From Octopus sinensis (lineage: Eukaryota): a stretch of DNA of 64,000 bases. Below are positions 26,628 through 39,229 of the stretch, one piece after another. The stretch lies in assembly GCF_006345805.1 (NCBI RefSeq), contig NC_043024.1, forward strand, positions 6,138,001-6,202,000, written 5' to 3'. Under the pieces are notes generated by a model. That model was not told the DNA's origin. It made no database searches and worked only from the letters and a program-made list of their open reading frames with translations. The position numbers were made by a program, and so were the translations under genes. How positions within the stretch are numbered: the first letter of the stretch is position 1; each line of letters begins with the position of its first letter.

Positions 26628-26984
26628 GAGTGAGAGAGCAGTGCATGCCATCAAAGTGACACTAGGTAAAATATACAAAGCCCAGTATACCCATCATGAC
26701 TACCTGTCTGATAAGAGTACACTAGGCATATGCATCACAACGATATGTGCACGATATGGTGATCTCATATCAAGATAAATAGCGCATGACCTTGCAGGTG
26801 GGGCCCAGTTAGAATTTTCTTCTGGTTGAGTAACCCATCCCGCTCAAAAGGTCCCTTAATAAGGTCGTTTAAGGATGTTGAATGAACCACCCATGTTTCC
26901 AAAGGCGAATTATCCAAACCTCCAAGAATTCCTTTCAACACACGGCTATGATGCTCCCCCTATGCACACTCCATGTGCATAGAA

Positions 26985-27370
26985 GTGGCAGTGTGGTAAG
27001 TAGCTTGCTTACCAACCACATGGTTTCGGGTTTAGTCCCACTGCGTGGCACCCTGGGCAAGTGTCTTCTACTATAGCCTCGGGCTGACCAAAGCCTTGTG
27101 AGTGGATTTAGTAGACAGAAACTGAAAGAAGCCCATCGTATATATGTGTGTGTGTATATGTTTGTGTGTCTGTATTTGTCCTCCCACCATCGCTTGACAA
27201 CCGATGCTGGTGTGTTTACGTCCCCGTAACTTAGCGGTTCGGTGAAAGAGAATAATAGAATATGTACTAGACTTACAAAGAATAAGTCCTGGGGTTGATT
27301 TGCTCGACTAAAGATGGTGCTCCAGCATGGTCGCAGTCAAATGACTGAAACAAGTAAAAGAGAGTAAAAG
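26985..27370 (+). mobile_element. SINE family A (intronic)
   Basis: Full consensus match. Confidence 0.85.
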
Positions 27371-28453
27371 TGTAAAAGAATGATTGATGATGATGATGAT
27401 GACAACACGTGAAAATTGTTGTCATCGTTGTTGTTGTTGTTATTGTCGTGCCATCTCAGGTGAGTTCTGATGAAAGTGAACAATTAGTAAAGGAGATAAA
27501 ACTGGGATAGTTTCACTAATTGACCCCCTCACCCCAATCAATAGACAAGCAGTTATTAGATAAGCAATCAATAGATAAACAAATTAACAAATGTTTGGGT
27601 TCATTGAGCAGATATGATAGCAGGGAGGGTTGATAATTGGTTTGTTTATTGATAAATAATTAACCTGATAAACAACAACAACAATAGCAATGGCAACAAT
27701 GCCATCAGCTGCAGCAACAACAACAACAACAACAACAACAGTAATAACAAGAAGAGGAAGGAAGAGGAGGAGAAGAAATAAGGAAGGAGAAGAACAAAGA
27801 AGATCAACCACAACAGCAGCACCACCACCACTACCCTAACAAGAATAACAAAAACAGCAATGTCAACAACAACAATAACAATTGTCTGTGATTCAGGCAG
27901 AAAGCATGAAATCTGTGGTGAAGGGAATATTTGATTGACCCCGATACTTGTTTTTCCTTTTATCAATAAATGGGGTCATTGGTGTTTTATTAATAAATGG
28001 GGGTCATTGGTGTATGATACAAAGGTGAAAAACATAGGAAAATAAAACAAAAAAAAAAGAAATCAGCAAACAAGAAATAGAGGGAGATTTTAGATTCTCA
28101 TCACAGTTGTGTGGTTGGGTGGTTTGTTTCACAACAATAGTTTCCAATCTCAGCACTTCATGGAAGCTATCATCATCATCATCTTTTAATGTCTATTTTT
28201 CCATGGTGGCATGGGTTAGATGATTTGACAGATCAATTTGACAGGCAACCCCAGGCTCCAGTTGTCTGTTCTGGCAGAGTTTCTATAGCTGGATGCCCTT
28301 CCTAACGCCAACCACTTTACAGAGTGTTCTGCGTGCTTTTATGTGGCACCTGTGTAGGTGTTTTATACGGAGCATCAGCACCAGGGCATTTCATGTGGCA
28401 CAGGAATGGGTGCTTTCACGTGGCATCGGCACCAGTGCTCCTTACGTGGAATA

Positions 28454-28826
28454 GGCACAGGTGCCTTTTTATGTGACACTGGCACAGGTGCCTTTTACGT
28501 ATCACTGGCATAGGTGCCTATGTATGTGGCACTGACACAGGTGCCTTTTTATGTGTCCTTAGCACAGGTGCCTTTTTATGTGACACTGACACAGGTGCCT
28601 TTTTATGTGACACTGGCACAGGTGCCTTTTTATGTGACACTGGCACAGGTGCCTTTTTATGTGACACTGGCACAGGTGCCTATTTATGTGACACTGGCAC
28701 AGGTGCCTATTTATGTGACACTGGCACAGGTGCCTTTTTATGTGACACTGGCACAGGTGCCTATTTATGTGACAGTGACACAGGTGCCTTTTTATGTGTC
28801 CCTGGCACAGGTGTTTTTTATGTGAC
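28454..28826 (+). repeat. 27-bp minisatellite, about 14 units
   Basis: Unit ggcacaggtgcctttttatgtgacact; translates as (TLAQVPFYV)n. Confidence 0.92.
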
Positions 28827-29456
28827 ATCAGCATGAGTGCTTTTAAATGTGACACTGGCACAGTGGTTTTCTACATGATACCAAAATTAGGAATTTTTAT
28901 GCGACACCAAAGGGTTTTTCAATGAAGCCCTTGGGCCAACTTATACCTCGTGAGTGAATTTCAATACATGAAAACTATGAAAATCACTCATACGCACGTG
29001 CGTGTGTGTGTGTATTACCATCATCTTCATTGTTTTAATGCCCACGTTTCCATTCTTGCATGGATCATGTGGAGTTCGTTCTGCAGCTGGATGCCTTTCC
29101 TGTTGCCAAACCTCAACTGTTGGAAGCATTTTTTCATGCTCACAAGTTGAGCATGAATTGCAGTTGGGCTGAACCTAAAACCTTGTGGTTGGTAAGCAAA
29201 CTTCTCCACATTATTTGAAACCATTAGATTGCAAGAATTGCATCGTCTTTAGGAATAAAAATTGGTCAACATAGTTGTTGTTTTTGAAGCCGAGAGAGTT
29301 TGAAACGGCCAAGTAACAGATAATGGAGAGTATTGTAGTTCACTTGAAGCATTGTGTATTGTTTGTAAAGAATAAAATGTTTTGAATGACACAACAATGC
29401 CCTATAATACAAACATTGGACTATAAGAACCGTTGTTATTTAATCATCAATAGTCT

Positions 29457-29495
29457 GATATGATATTTCGGAATAAAATTCCTTCTTCAGATATC
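29457..29495 (-). ncRNA. Minimal type-I hammerhead ribozyme, canonical core
   Basis: GATAT CTGAAGA A GGAAT TTT ATTCC GAAA TAT C^ ATATC: perfect 5-bp stems I and II, palindromic stem III (ATAT), AUC cleavage triplet. Part of a repeat also at about 57120-57330. Confidence 0.8.
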
Positions 29496-29906
29496 CCTAG
29501 GAATTGATGGAGTCGTTGTTTTTTCAAGAAATTTCTCCTCAATTCTCACTCGATTGTAATTTAGGTTGCTGATAAAATATCTGGATAATTTTTGGTGTTT
29601 AATAATGAATATTATTTTCTTTGTTAGATTCCAAGTTAATTTTTTTTCCAATACTAATTTGAGAATTTTCAAATTTCAAAAAAACGCAATGTCTAAATTA
29701 GGGCAGAATGAGTAAGGATTAACTTCAATAATCTTTTTTCTTTAACTGCATGATGGGTAAATATATCAGGAAGCGAATCACTCCAGCAGAGAGTAAAGAA
29801 GTCATGGAGAATATTTTATGCTGAGATTTTAGATTTAGTTGAGTTTCATTTATTTCAAATCATTCGCCATTTTTTCATGAGTCTCTTTCATTTGACCTAG
29901 ATATTT

Positions 29907-30116
29907 TCTCTTTCTCTCTTTTACTGGTTTCAGTCATTTGACTGCGACCATGCTGGAGCACCGCCTTTAGTTGAGCAAATTGACCCCAGAACTTATTCTT
30001 TGGAAGGCTAGTACTTATTCCATTGGTCTCTTTTGCCGAACCGCTAAGTTAAGGGGACATAAACACACCAGCATCGGTTGTCAAGCGATGTTGGAGGGAC
30101 AAACACAGACATACAA

Positions 30117-30153
<37 letters not shown>

Positions 30154-30326
30154 CATATATACAACAGGCTTTTTTCTGTTTCCGTCTACCAAATCCACTC
30201 ACAAGGCTTTGGTCACCCCGAGGCTATAGTAGAAGACACTTGCCCAAGATGGCACACAGTGGGACTGTACCCGGAACCATGTGGTTGTTAAGCAAGCTAC
30301 TTACCACACAGCCACTCCTGCGCCTA
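29907..30326 (-). mobile_element. SINE family A (intronic), full length
   Basis: Full consensus match. Confidence 0.85.
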
Positions 30327-30610
30327 TATTAAAATTCTTTTTGCATTTCTCATCTTTCTGATTAAAGGATGGATACTGTTCTATATGAGTCTATTTTCTA
30401 ATGTAATTCTGGAGAATTGAAGAGGCAAATTTACCTGAAGTATCTTAAGTATTATACACCACAAATGCTATTGCAACAGGAGAAGCCTTTCCAAAACCCT
30501 CTCTACTTGCCTTTTAATTCATTTATAATGGATCACAGACTCCTTTTATTGCTCTCATTAACGAACTATCAACCTTATTATTAACTTCTTATCTTCTCTT
30601 GTTGTTGCAG

Positions 30611-30891
30611 GTATTCACCATACTGGAATGTATATGAACCCAACACTAGCATCGGTGATGAAGTTTGGATGTAAAGGCACCACCCCTTGGCAGCATGTGT
30701 TGGTCTATTGGTTGGCACCGATATTGGGCTGTATTCTTGGAGTGAAAATATTTAACTATCACCAGAAGAGGCTGGCTTCATCCACTGTTGATGTTTCTTG
30801 GACAGATTCAATGAGAAATGAGAATGGAGACAAGTTTAAAAGATTCCCAAGACGGAAACTTAAAGGAAGAAGCACAACAAGGAAACGATAA
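30611..30891 (+). CDS. AQP11/12: Unorthodox aquaporin, coding exon 2 (NPA box 2 = NPT, TM6, basic C-tail)
   Basis: Acceptor ttgcag| at 30610. The splice restores the frame (G+GT = Gly): GIHHTGMYMNPTLASVMKFGC...YWLAPILG. Cys 9 residues after the NPx box and YWLxP are superaquaporin signatures. Stop TAA 30889-30891; joined CDS 921 nt. Confidence 0.92.
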
Positions 30892-32106
30892 CTGCTTCGA
30901 CATGCGTGTCACCTTACGTGTTTGGATATTTAGTCTCAGTCTGCCAGTCTGTCTGTTTGTCTGCATGCTTGTGTGTGTGTTTGTTACCACCCACCACTGT
31001 TTGATAAATAGTGTTGGTTTGTTTATGTCCTTGTAACTTAGCAGTTTGGCAAAAGAAACCAATATAATAAGTACCAGACTTAAAAACAACAACAGCAAAA
31101 AGCATAATTACTGGGATTAATTTTTTTCAACTGAAACCCATCCAGCATGGGTGCCCCAGCATGGCCACAGTTCAAACACTGAAATGAGTAAATGATTAAA
31201 GATGTGATGGGGAGCAAGAGAGGTGAGGACCGAATATCAAGAGGAATGGTAAAATCCTGCAACAGGCAGGTGGAATGGTATTGAGAAGACAGAGGGTGAG
31301 CATCGGAGGGATAATTTCTTCAGACAGGTTCAAAAACATTCCTAAATATATGGGGCCATGGTAGCTTTAGTAGAAAATCTACTGTTAACCAAAGTCACAT
31401 TGGGACCAAAGAAAAATGACAATTATCTCTGGATTATTCCGTTTTCATAATTTCTTACAAATTCTTCATTCTTTAGACCGGTATTTTTTACCCCCTTTTA
31501 TACCTATGGACCCTTTTGAGGTTTAAGAAAAGTCATATTTTTATAATTAAATATTGTTAGAATTTATATTAAAAAATTGTTAGAGTATTTTACGAATTGT
31601 AGAATTATAACCAATTTATTGCTCATAAATTTTAATGCCAAAATCTTATATGGACCCCCAAATACCATATGGGCTCCAAAGAACCATATGGTCCCCTAAG
31701 GGCTATAAGGACCATGGTAGAAAACTACAGCTTTAGAGTTTTTCTGCATTCTGACCATTCCTTGAAGTTCCTATTCCCTAAAGATACTGTTGCATCAACC
31801 ATTCCACTTCAACCTTCTTCAGTGTCCCTTTCTTCATATTCCTTATATTTACTTGCCTTTACTCCTCTCACTTTGTGTGTGTGTGTGTGTGTGTACTGTT
31901 TTTCCTTCCCTAAAATTTACTTTTGGATGGGAAGAGGGCACCTCTTATGTTTAATCTTTTATCTTTAACTTATTTCAGTCATTGGACTGTGGCCATGTTG
32001 GAGCACTGCCTTGAAGGGTTTGATAGAACAAATTGAACATGGTACTGATTCAAATCTACACCAGTTGCCAAGCATTGATGGAGGCACAAATACAACCACA
32101 CACACA

Positions 32107-32167
<61 letters not shown>

Positions 32168-32498
32168 GTGTGTGTGTGCGTTTGTGTATGAATTCATGTG
32201 GTTTAGATGTTCAATTCATGATCGGACGGTCATAAGTTCAATTATTGGTGGGGGATTGTGTCCTTAAGCAAGACACTTTATTCCACTCAGCTGGTAACAA
32301 TGAGTAAGACATGTATTTCAAAGGGCCACCTTGTTGCCTTCTGTGCTACACTGAATCTACTCGAGAATTTTGTGAAGGGGTACACGTGTCTGTGGAGTAC
32401 TCAGCCAGTTGCATGAAAATTTCCTGAGAAGACTGCTGTGTTGATTGGATTAATTGGAAGCCTCGTCTTTATAACCAATGGAGTGCCACTGTCTATGA

Positions 32499-32530
<32 letters not shown>

Positions 32531-33990
32531 TACATATATATGTATATATATATGTACATATATATGTATATATGTATATATATATGTACATATATATGTA
32601 TATATATATGTACATATATATGTATATATATATGTACATATATATGTACATATATATGTATATATATATGTACATTATATGTTATATATATGTACATATA
32701 TATGTATATATATATGTACATATATATGTATATATATATGTACATATATATGTATATATATATGTACATATATATGTATATATATATGTACATATATATG
32801 TATATATATATGTACATATATATGTATTATATATGTACATATATATGTACATATATATATATATTATATGTACATATATATGTACATATATATGTATATA
32901 TGTATATATGTATATATATATGTATTATATATGTACATATATATGTATATATATATGTACATATATATGTACATATATATTATATATATATGTACATATA
33001 TATGTATATATATATGTATATATATGTACATATATAGTATATTATATATGTACATATATATGTATATATATAGTACATATATATGTATATATCTGTATAT
33101 ATATTATATATATATATGTACATATATATGTATATATATGTACAATATATGTACATATATATGTATATATATATGGATATATATATGTATATATATATGT
33201 ACATATATATGTATATATAATGTACATATATATGTATATATATATTACATATATATGTATATAATATATATATATATATGTAATATATATATGTACATAT
33301 ATGTATATATATATGTACATATTATAATATATGTACATATATCTGTATATATAATATATATATATATGTACATATATCTGTATATATATATTATATGTAC
33401 ATATATCTGTATATATATATATGTCATATATCTGTATATTATATATATGTTACATATATCTGTATATATATCTGTATTTATATATCTGTATATATATATA
33501 TATATATATATCTGTATAATATATATATATGTATATATATATATATCTGTATTATATATATCTGTATAATATATATATATATATATATCTGTATATATAT
33601 ATATATCTGTATAATATATATATCTGTATATATATATATATATGTATATATATCTGTATATATATATATATATGTATATATATCTGTATATATATATATA
33701 TCTGTATATATAATATATATATATTATATATATATATATATATCTGTATATATATATATTATATATATATATATATATCTGTATATATATATATATATGT
33801 ATATATATCTGTATATATATATATATGTGTATATATATCTGTATATATATATATATATATGTGTATATATATCTGTATATATATATATATATATGTATAT
33901 ATATCTGTATATATATATATATATATGTATATATATCTGTATATATATATTTATATATATGTAGATATGTATATATAGATGTATATACAT
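32499..33990. repeat. 1.5-kb compound (TA)n-derived microsatellite array
   Basis: TATATGTACA-type units grading into TATATCTG-type units. Confidence 0.95.
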
Positions 33991-34407
33991 ACGTGTATTG
34001 AAAGATACTGAAATAATTTATTCTCAAATGCATGATTATCCTCATTCAGTAGCATGAACAGGATAAACTATCCATATATTGCAGAAAAATTCGTTCCCAG
34101 CCAGCCTTAAGACTTGAACTCACATCCTTGTGATTACGCATCGAGTGCTTTACCTTGAAGCTAAACTGCCCAGTAACGAATTGTTCTACGCTTTTAGGAT
34201 TTATTAATCTAGCTTTATAAGACACTAACGTTAAATTGAACTTACGATGAAAGTAAACAAAGTTTACTTTGGAAGTGAATATATTTATGTGTATGTGTGT
34301 GTATATGTGTATATACATATACATTTTGCTTTCAAAATGTGACCTCGTGTGTACCGTTGGCGATTTTTTCCTCTGTCTTCCCTTCTCTGGATCTTTCCTT
34401 CTCCTAT

Positions 34408-34442
34408 GTTTCCGACGAAGAGCTCTGCTCGAAACGTTAAAC
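34408..34442 (+). ncRNA. Minimal type-I hammerhead motif (U4C) inside a (TA)n-flanked repeat at 34330-34545
   Basis: GTTT CCGACGA A GAGC TCT GCTC GAAA CGT T^ AAAC. Confidence 0.7.
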
Positions 34443-34538
34443 CCTCCTTCTTTCCTTCTTTCCTGAGCGTCCAATAATACTATATTTGTTCCACGTCCTC
34501 GCGTTGTTGTGTTTTTTTGTGTTTTCTTGTTTGGATTA

Positions 34539-34589
<51 letters not shown>

Positions 34590-34701
34590 ATATTACATAT
34601 GTGTATATATTTATGTGTATATATGTATGTATATGTACATATGTTATATATGTATGTATATGTATGTATATGTACATATGTGTATATATGTATGTATATG
34701 C

Positions 34702-34748
<47 letters not shown>

Positions 34749-36178
34749 AACGTATAATCCCGAATATATATGTATATATGTATATCTATGTATCTGTGTC
34801 TATGAAGGTGCCTTAAATTTCCTTGAGTTCTTGACATCCACCACGAGTGGTTAAAAATCAGAAAATCCAGACATCTGAGATGAAAGATAAAAACCATTTC
34901 CTATGGAAGTTCCTATATTTATTCTGAAATAAAGAATTATGATTCAATTCCATTGTCACTTGTTTATTTTTATATTTACACAAAGATAGTTTGAATTTGG
35001 TCATGGCATACATACATACACACATACATACATACATATATCAACATGATCATCATGGCCGTCCAGGCTACCAGATGTTGTTACACATCGCTGGTCACAA
35101 TGCGCTTCGCATTGTTTTAGCCTTCAAATGACGCCAACCCGCTGGCTAAGTGAGCAGGCCAACAGAAGAAAGAGCGAGAGAAAGTTGTGGTGAAAGAGTA
35201 CAGCAAGGATCGCCACCACCACACCCTGCCAGAGCCTCGTGGAGCTTTGGGTGTTTTCGCTGAATAAACACTTACAATGCCCGGTCTGGGAATCAAAACC
35301 ACGAGTCCGCTGCCCTAACCACTGTTGTTACGTAGATGTATAGAATTCTCTTATTACATGTATATACACTATGGCCATTGCATATATACTGTTGTCATTG
35401 TATGGATATGCATACTTTTGTTACCAGATGTATACACACTCTTGTCAATGTGCGTGCACATACACACACACTACAAATGATCACAATATCTGGGACTATA
35501 AAAATCTGCAGGACCTTAAGGATGACGATTAAAAACAAAATGCCTTCCTTCGCTACCCAAGTGAGTTGCCGGTCAAAATTTACTTTAAAATTAAAAAGAA
35601 ACTAAGAATATACATACACAAAAAGCAAAAACGAACCTCCTTTGGTCATGAATGAGCATGGGATTGAACCTGGAAAGTTCCCTTCTGAGGCACAAGTCCA
35701 GACAAGGTTGTCTTATGGAAGACCAGGAGTCACCCATACATACCAGCCTCCCATCTCCTTAACAATGATTTTATCCAAGGGAAAGGCAAAGGGGCCGATA
35801 CAGCTTGGCACCAGTGATGTCACAACTCATTTCTACAGCTGAGTGAACTGGGGCAACATGAAATAAAGTGTCTTGCTCAAGAACACAACACACAGCCCGG
35901 TCCAGGAATCGAATTCACTACCTCGTGATTGTGAGCTCGATGCTCTAACCACTGAGCCATGTGCCATCATACTCAACACACACACACACACATACACCCA
36001 TACTCCTTATCTGTGTTCTGCAGATGTCATCTTTATCTTGCTTGTTTTTGTTAATATATCCATGTCCAATAAATAAATACATTTCACTTGGGTGATGCAT
36101 TCCTGTTCCTAATCCATCCATCCATCCATTCATCTGTCCATCCATCCATATATATATACAGTAATCCCTCACCCTAGT

Positions 36179-36517
36179 GAAGGTGCATAGCTCAGTGGTT
36201 AGAGCGTTGAGCTTACGATCATGAGGTTGTGAATTCAAATCCTGGACTGGGCTGCATGTTCTTGTTTTTGAGCAAGACACTTTATTTTACGTTGCTCCAG
36301 TTCACTCATCTGTAGAAATGAGTTGTGACATCACAGGTGCCAAGCTGTATCGGACCCTTTGCCTTTTCCTTGGATAACATCGGTGGCATGGAGAGGGGAA
36401 GCCAGTATGCATGGGTGAATGCTGGTCTTCCATAAACATTCTTGCCTGGACTTGGGCCTGGGAGGGTAACTTTCCTTGTGCAATCCCGTGGTCAGTCATC
36501 ACTGAAGGGGGTCTCAG
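36179..36517 (+). mobile_element. SINE family D
   Basis: Matches 25677-26013. An inverted copy lies just upstream at 35640-35965. Confidence 0.8.
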
Positions 36518-37232
36518 CAATCCCTCACCATATTGCGGTTTATTATTTAAGCTTATGGTGATTCCTTCTTGGTGTTGTTTTGCATTTATAATAAAATAAA
36601 TATAAACAAATTATAAAAATAATTTTTAAAATGTACAGTACGGTTTCTTCTTCCTGGATTTTCACTTGTCGCAGGGGTTTTTGGAATGTAACACCCGCGA
36701 TAGTCAAGGCATTACTGTGTGTGTGTGTCTATACACCAGCCACCTCAGGTCTCATGGCGGCAGTTCCATCAGATGATGTCAGTTGGTCATCTTCGAACCG
36801 AAGGACGAACATTAATTAATTAATTAATTAATACACACACATATACACATTACAGTCATCACATGCATATACATACTGCTATCATAACAATTATATACTC
36901 ACTGTTGTCATTAGTGACCTTGATGGATCTTGAACCCAGAACGCATAGGAATGTCACAAAATATATCACAAGGTATTTTGTCGAATGCTTTATCAATTGA
37001 ACCAGGCTCTCATCACACGGTTGGTCAATCATGCATAAGAGGCAAGATCTAATTAAAATTGTAATACGGTATCAATCTCCAGCACAAACATCATTTCTGC
37101 TGCTTTCACTGCCAGGGAGTTGGACCACTACTATCTCTAGCAGTCAAGTGTCAATCACTGATAAGTTCAGGGTATGTTGAAACCCCATGATCTAGTGGTC
37201 TCGACACGGGACATGGCAGGGATTTATCTCCT

Positions 37233-37632
37233 TACTCTTTTTACTCTCTTTTACTTGTTTCAGTCATTTGACTGTGGCCGTGCTGGAGCACCGCCTTTAA
37301 TCGAGCAACTCGACCCCGGGATTTTTTCTTTTGTAAGCCCAGTACTTATTCTATCGGTCTCTTTTGCCGAACCGCTAAGTAACGGGACATAAACACACCA
37401 GCATCGGTTGTCAAGCAATGCTAGGGGGACAAACACAGACACACACACGCACACATATATACATATATACAACGGGCTTCTTTCAGTTTCCGTCTACCAA
37501 ATCCACTCACAAGGCTTTGGTTGGCCTGAGGCTATAGTAGAAGACACTTGCCCAAGGTGCCATGCAGTGGGACTGAACCTGGAACCACGTGGTTGGTAAA
37601 CAAGCTACTTACCACACAGCCACTCCTGCGCC
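37233..37632 (-). mobile_element. SINE family A, full length, young-looking
   Basis: Near-consensus; interrupts a degenerate tandem repeat. Confidence 0.88.
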
Positions 37633-38352
37633 TATGCTAGCATTTTGCACCAAAGGCCTGGGAGTTTCTCTCATGGTATCAACCACAGTATAGTTTGTTT
37701 TAACACAATATCCACGTTTAATTGAGGATAAATATTATTTTGCGGTATTAATACTGTCTCTGTCGCTAATATATATTCTTTAACAAGGTCACTGGTTAAT
37801 CATGACACCAGTATCTGTTCTGGAATTGTCAGATTTTGACCAAGGAAGGTCAAAATCATTAAATCTGGTTGTTCTGGTATTGGAGGTAGTGAGAATTTAC
37901 CTCCCACCCCCACCCACTAGTGATATAAACAAGAGTGTATTTTGCACCAAAAGCCAACATGAGAGTTCTCTCGTGGTAACTGCTGCAGTATGGTTTGTTC
38001 TAATAGAACATCCACGTTTAACGAGGGATAAATATTACATCTGCCTCTGTAGCTCTTATATATTTTTCAACAAGCTAAATGGCTAATCGTGACACCAGCA
38101 CCTGTTCTGACACTGTTATTCTATTCATCACTGGTGGGGATATGAGTCACTGTTATTTCATGTGGTCAAGTGTCCATCATTGACAAGACCAAGAAGAGAG
38201 AAATCACATGATCTGGTGGTCTCAGCGCTGGAAATGACGGGAATTTATCTCGCCACAAACAAAAGGACATTTTGCAACAAAAGGTAATATGAGAGTTCTC
38301 TCATGGTTCTAACAACGCATCCATGTTTAATTGGGGATAAATATTATCTCGT

Positions 38353-38640
38353 GGAGGTACATGGCCTAGTGGTTAGAGCAGCGGACTCGAGGTCGAGGGA
38401 TGGATGGTTCGAATCTCTTTACGAGCGAAACACCTAAACTCCACGCGGCTCAGGCAGAAGGTAATGGCGAACTTCTGCTGACTCTTTCGCCATAACTTCC
38501 TCTCACTCTTTCCTCCTGCATCTTGCAGCTCACCTGTGATGGACCAGCGTCCCGTCCAGGTGGGAAACCTATACGCCAAGGAAACCGGGAAACCGGCCCT
38601 TATGAGCCAGGCATGGCTCGAGAAAGAACAAACAAAACAA
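38353..38640 (+). mobile_element. tRNA-type SINE (family C-related)
   Basis: ggaggtacatggcctagtggttagagcagcggactcg...gagccaggcatggctcgagaaagaacaaacaa. Copy at 47150-47448 (-). Confidence 0.78.
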
Positions 38641-39003
38641 CAAATATTACCTCACGTGAATACTGTCTCTCAGAGTTATTTTCCTTGTAATATACAAGAG
38701 TCGCCTCCCTTGAAATATTCTTCTATCAAGACCGTTTTTCCTTTTTTGTTTTGCATTTGCCGAGATGTCTAAAATAACAATACCGAACCGGCACCCTTAT
38801 CCGATATTTCCAGAAATCCGGCAATACTGTGCAATATCGTTCAATATACTGTACTCTGTATTGAGTAAGCAAACCCTGTATCCGAAGTTGGTTAATTTGA
38901 ATAAATAGTTTCATACTTCACGTTTGATCCTCTACTTTTTCCAGTCATTTCAAGAATTCTTAGTTGCATGAATTAATTCCAGTGCTTATTATTATCATCA
39001 TCA

Positions 39004-39049
<46 letters not shown>

Positions 39050-39096
39050 CATTATTATTATCATCATTATTATTATCATCATCATTATTATTATTA

Positions 39097-39142
<46 letters not shown>

Positions 39143-39229
39143 CATTATTATTATTTCAAACTTGGAACTTATTGTACTGTGAAGGCGCGTGGCCTAGTGG
39201 TTAGGCTTTTAATAATTGTTTGGCAAGGT

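Noticed and set aside
28454-28826. Minisatellite as a CRISPR array or repeat protein exon
   Set aside because: No unique spacers, a eukaryotic context, no splice signals, and it is embedded in a dispersed repeat.
32401-34045. Long ORFs (up to 355 aa) of Y/I/M/C repeats
   Set aside because: Translations of (TA)n-derived microsatellite. The same applies to the HT/CV/LS/II-rich ORFs throughout the window.
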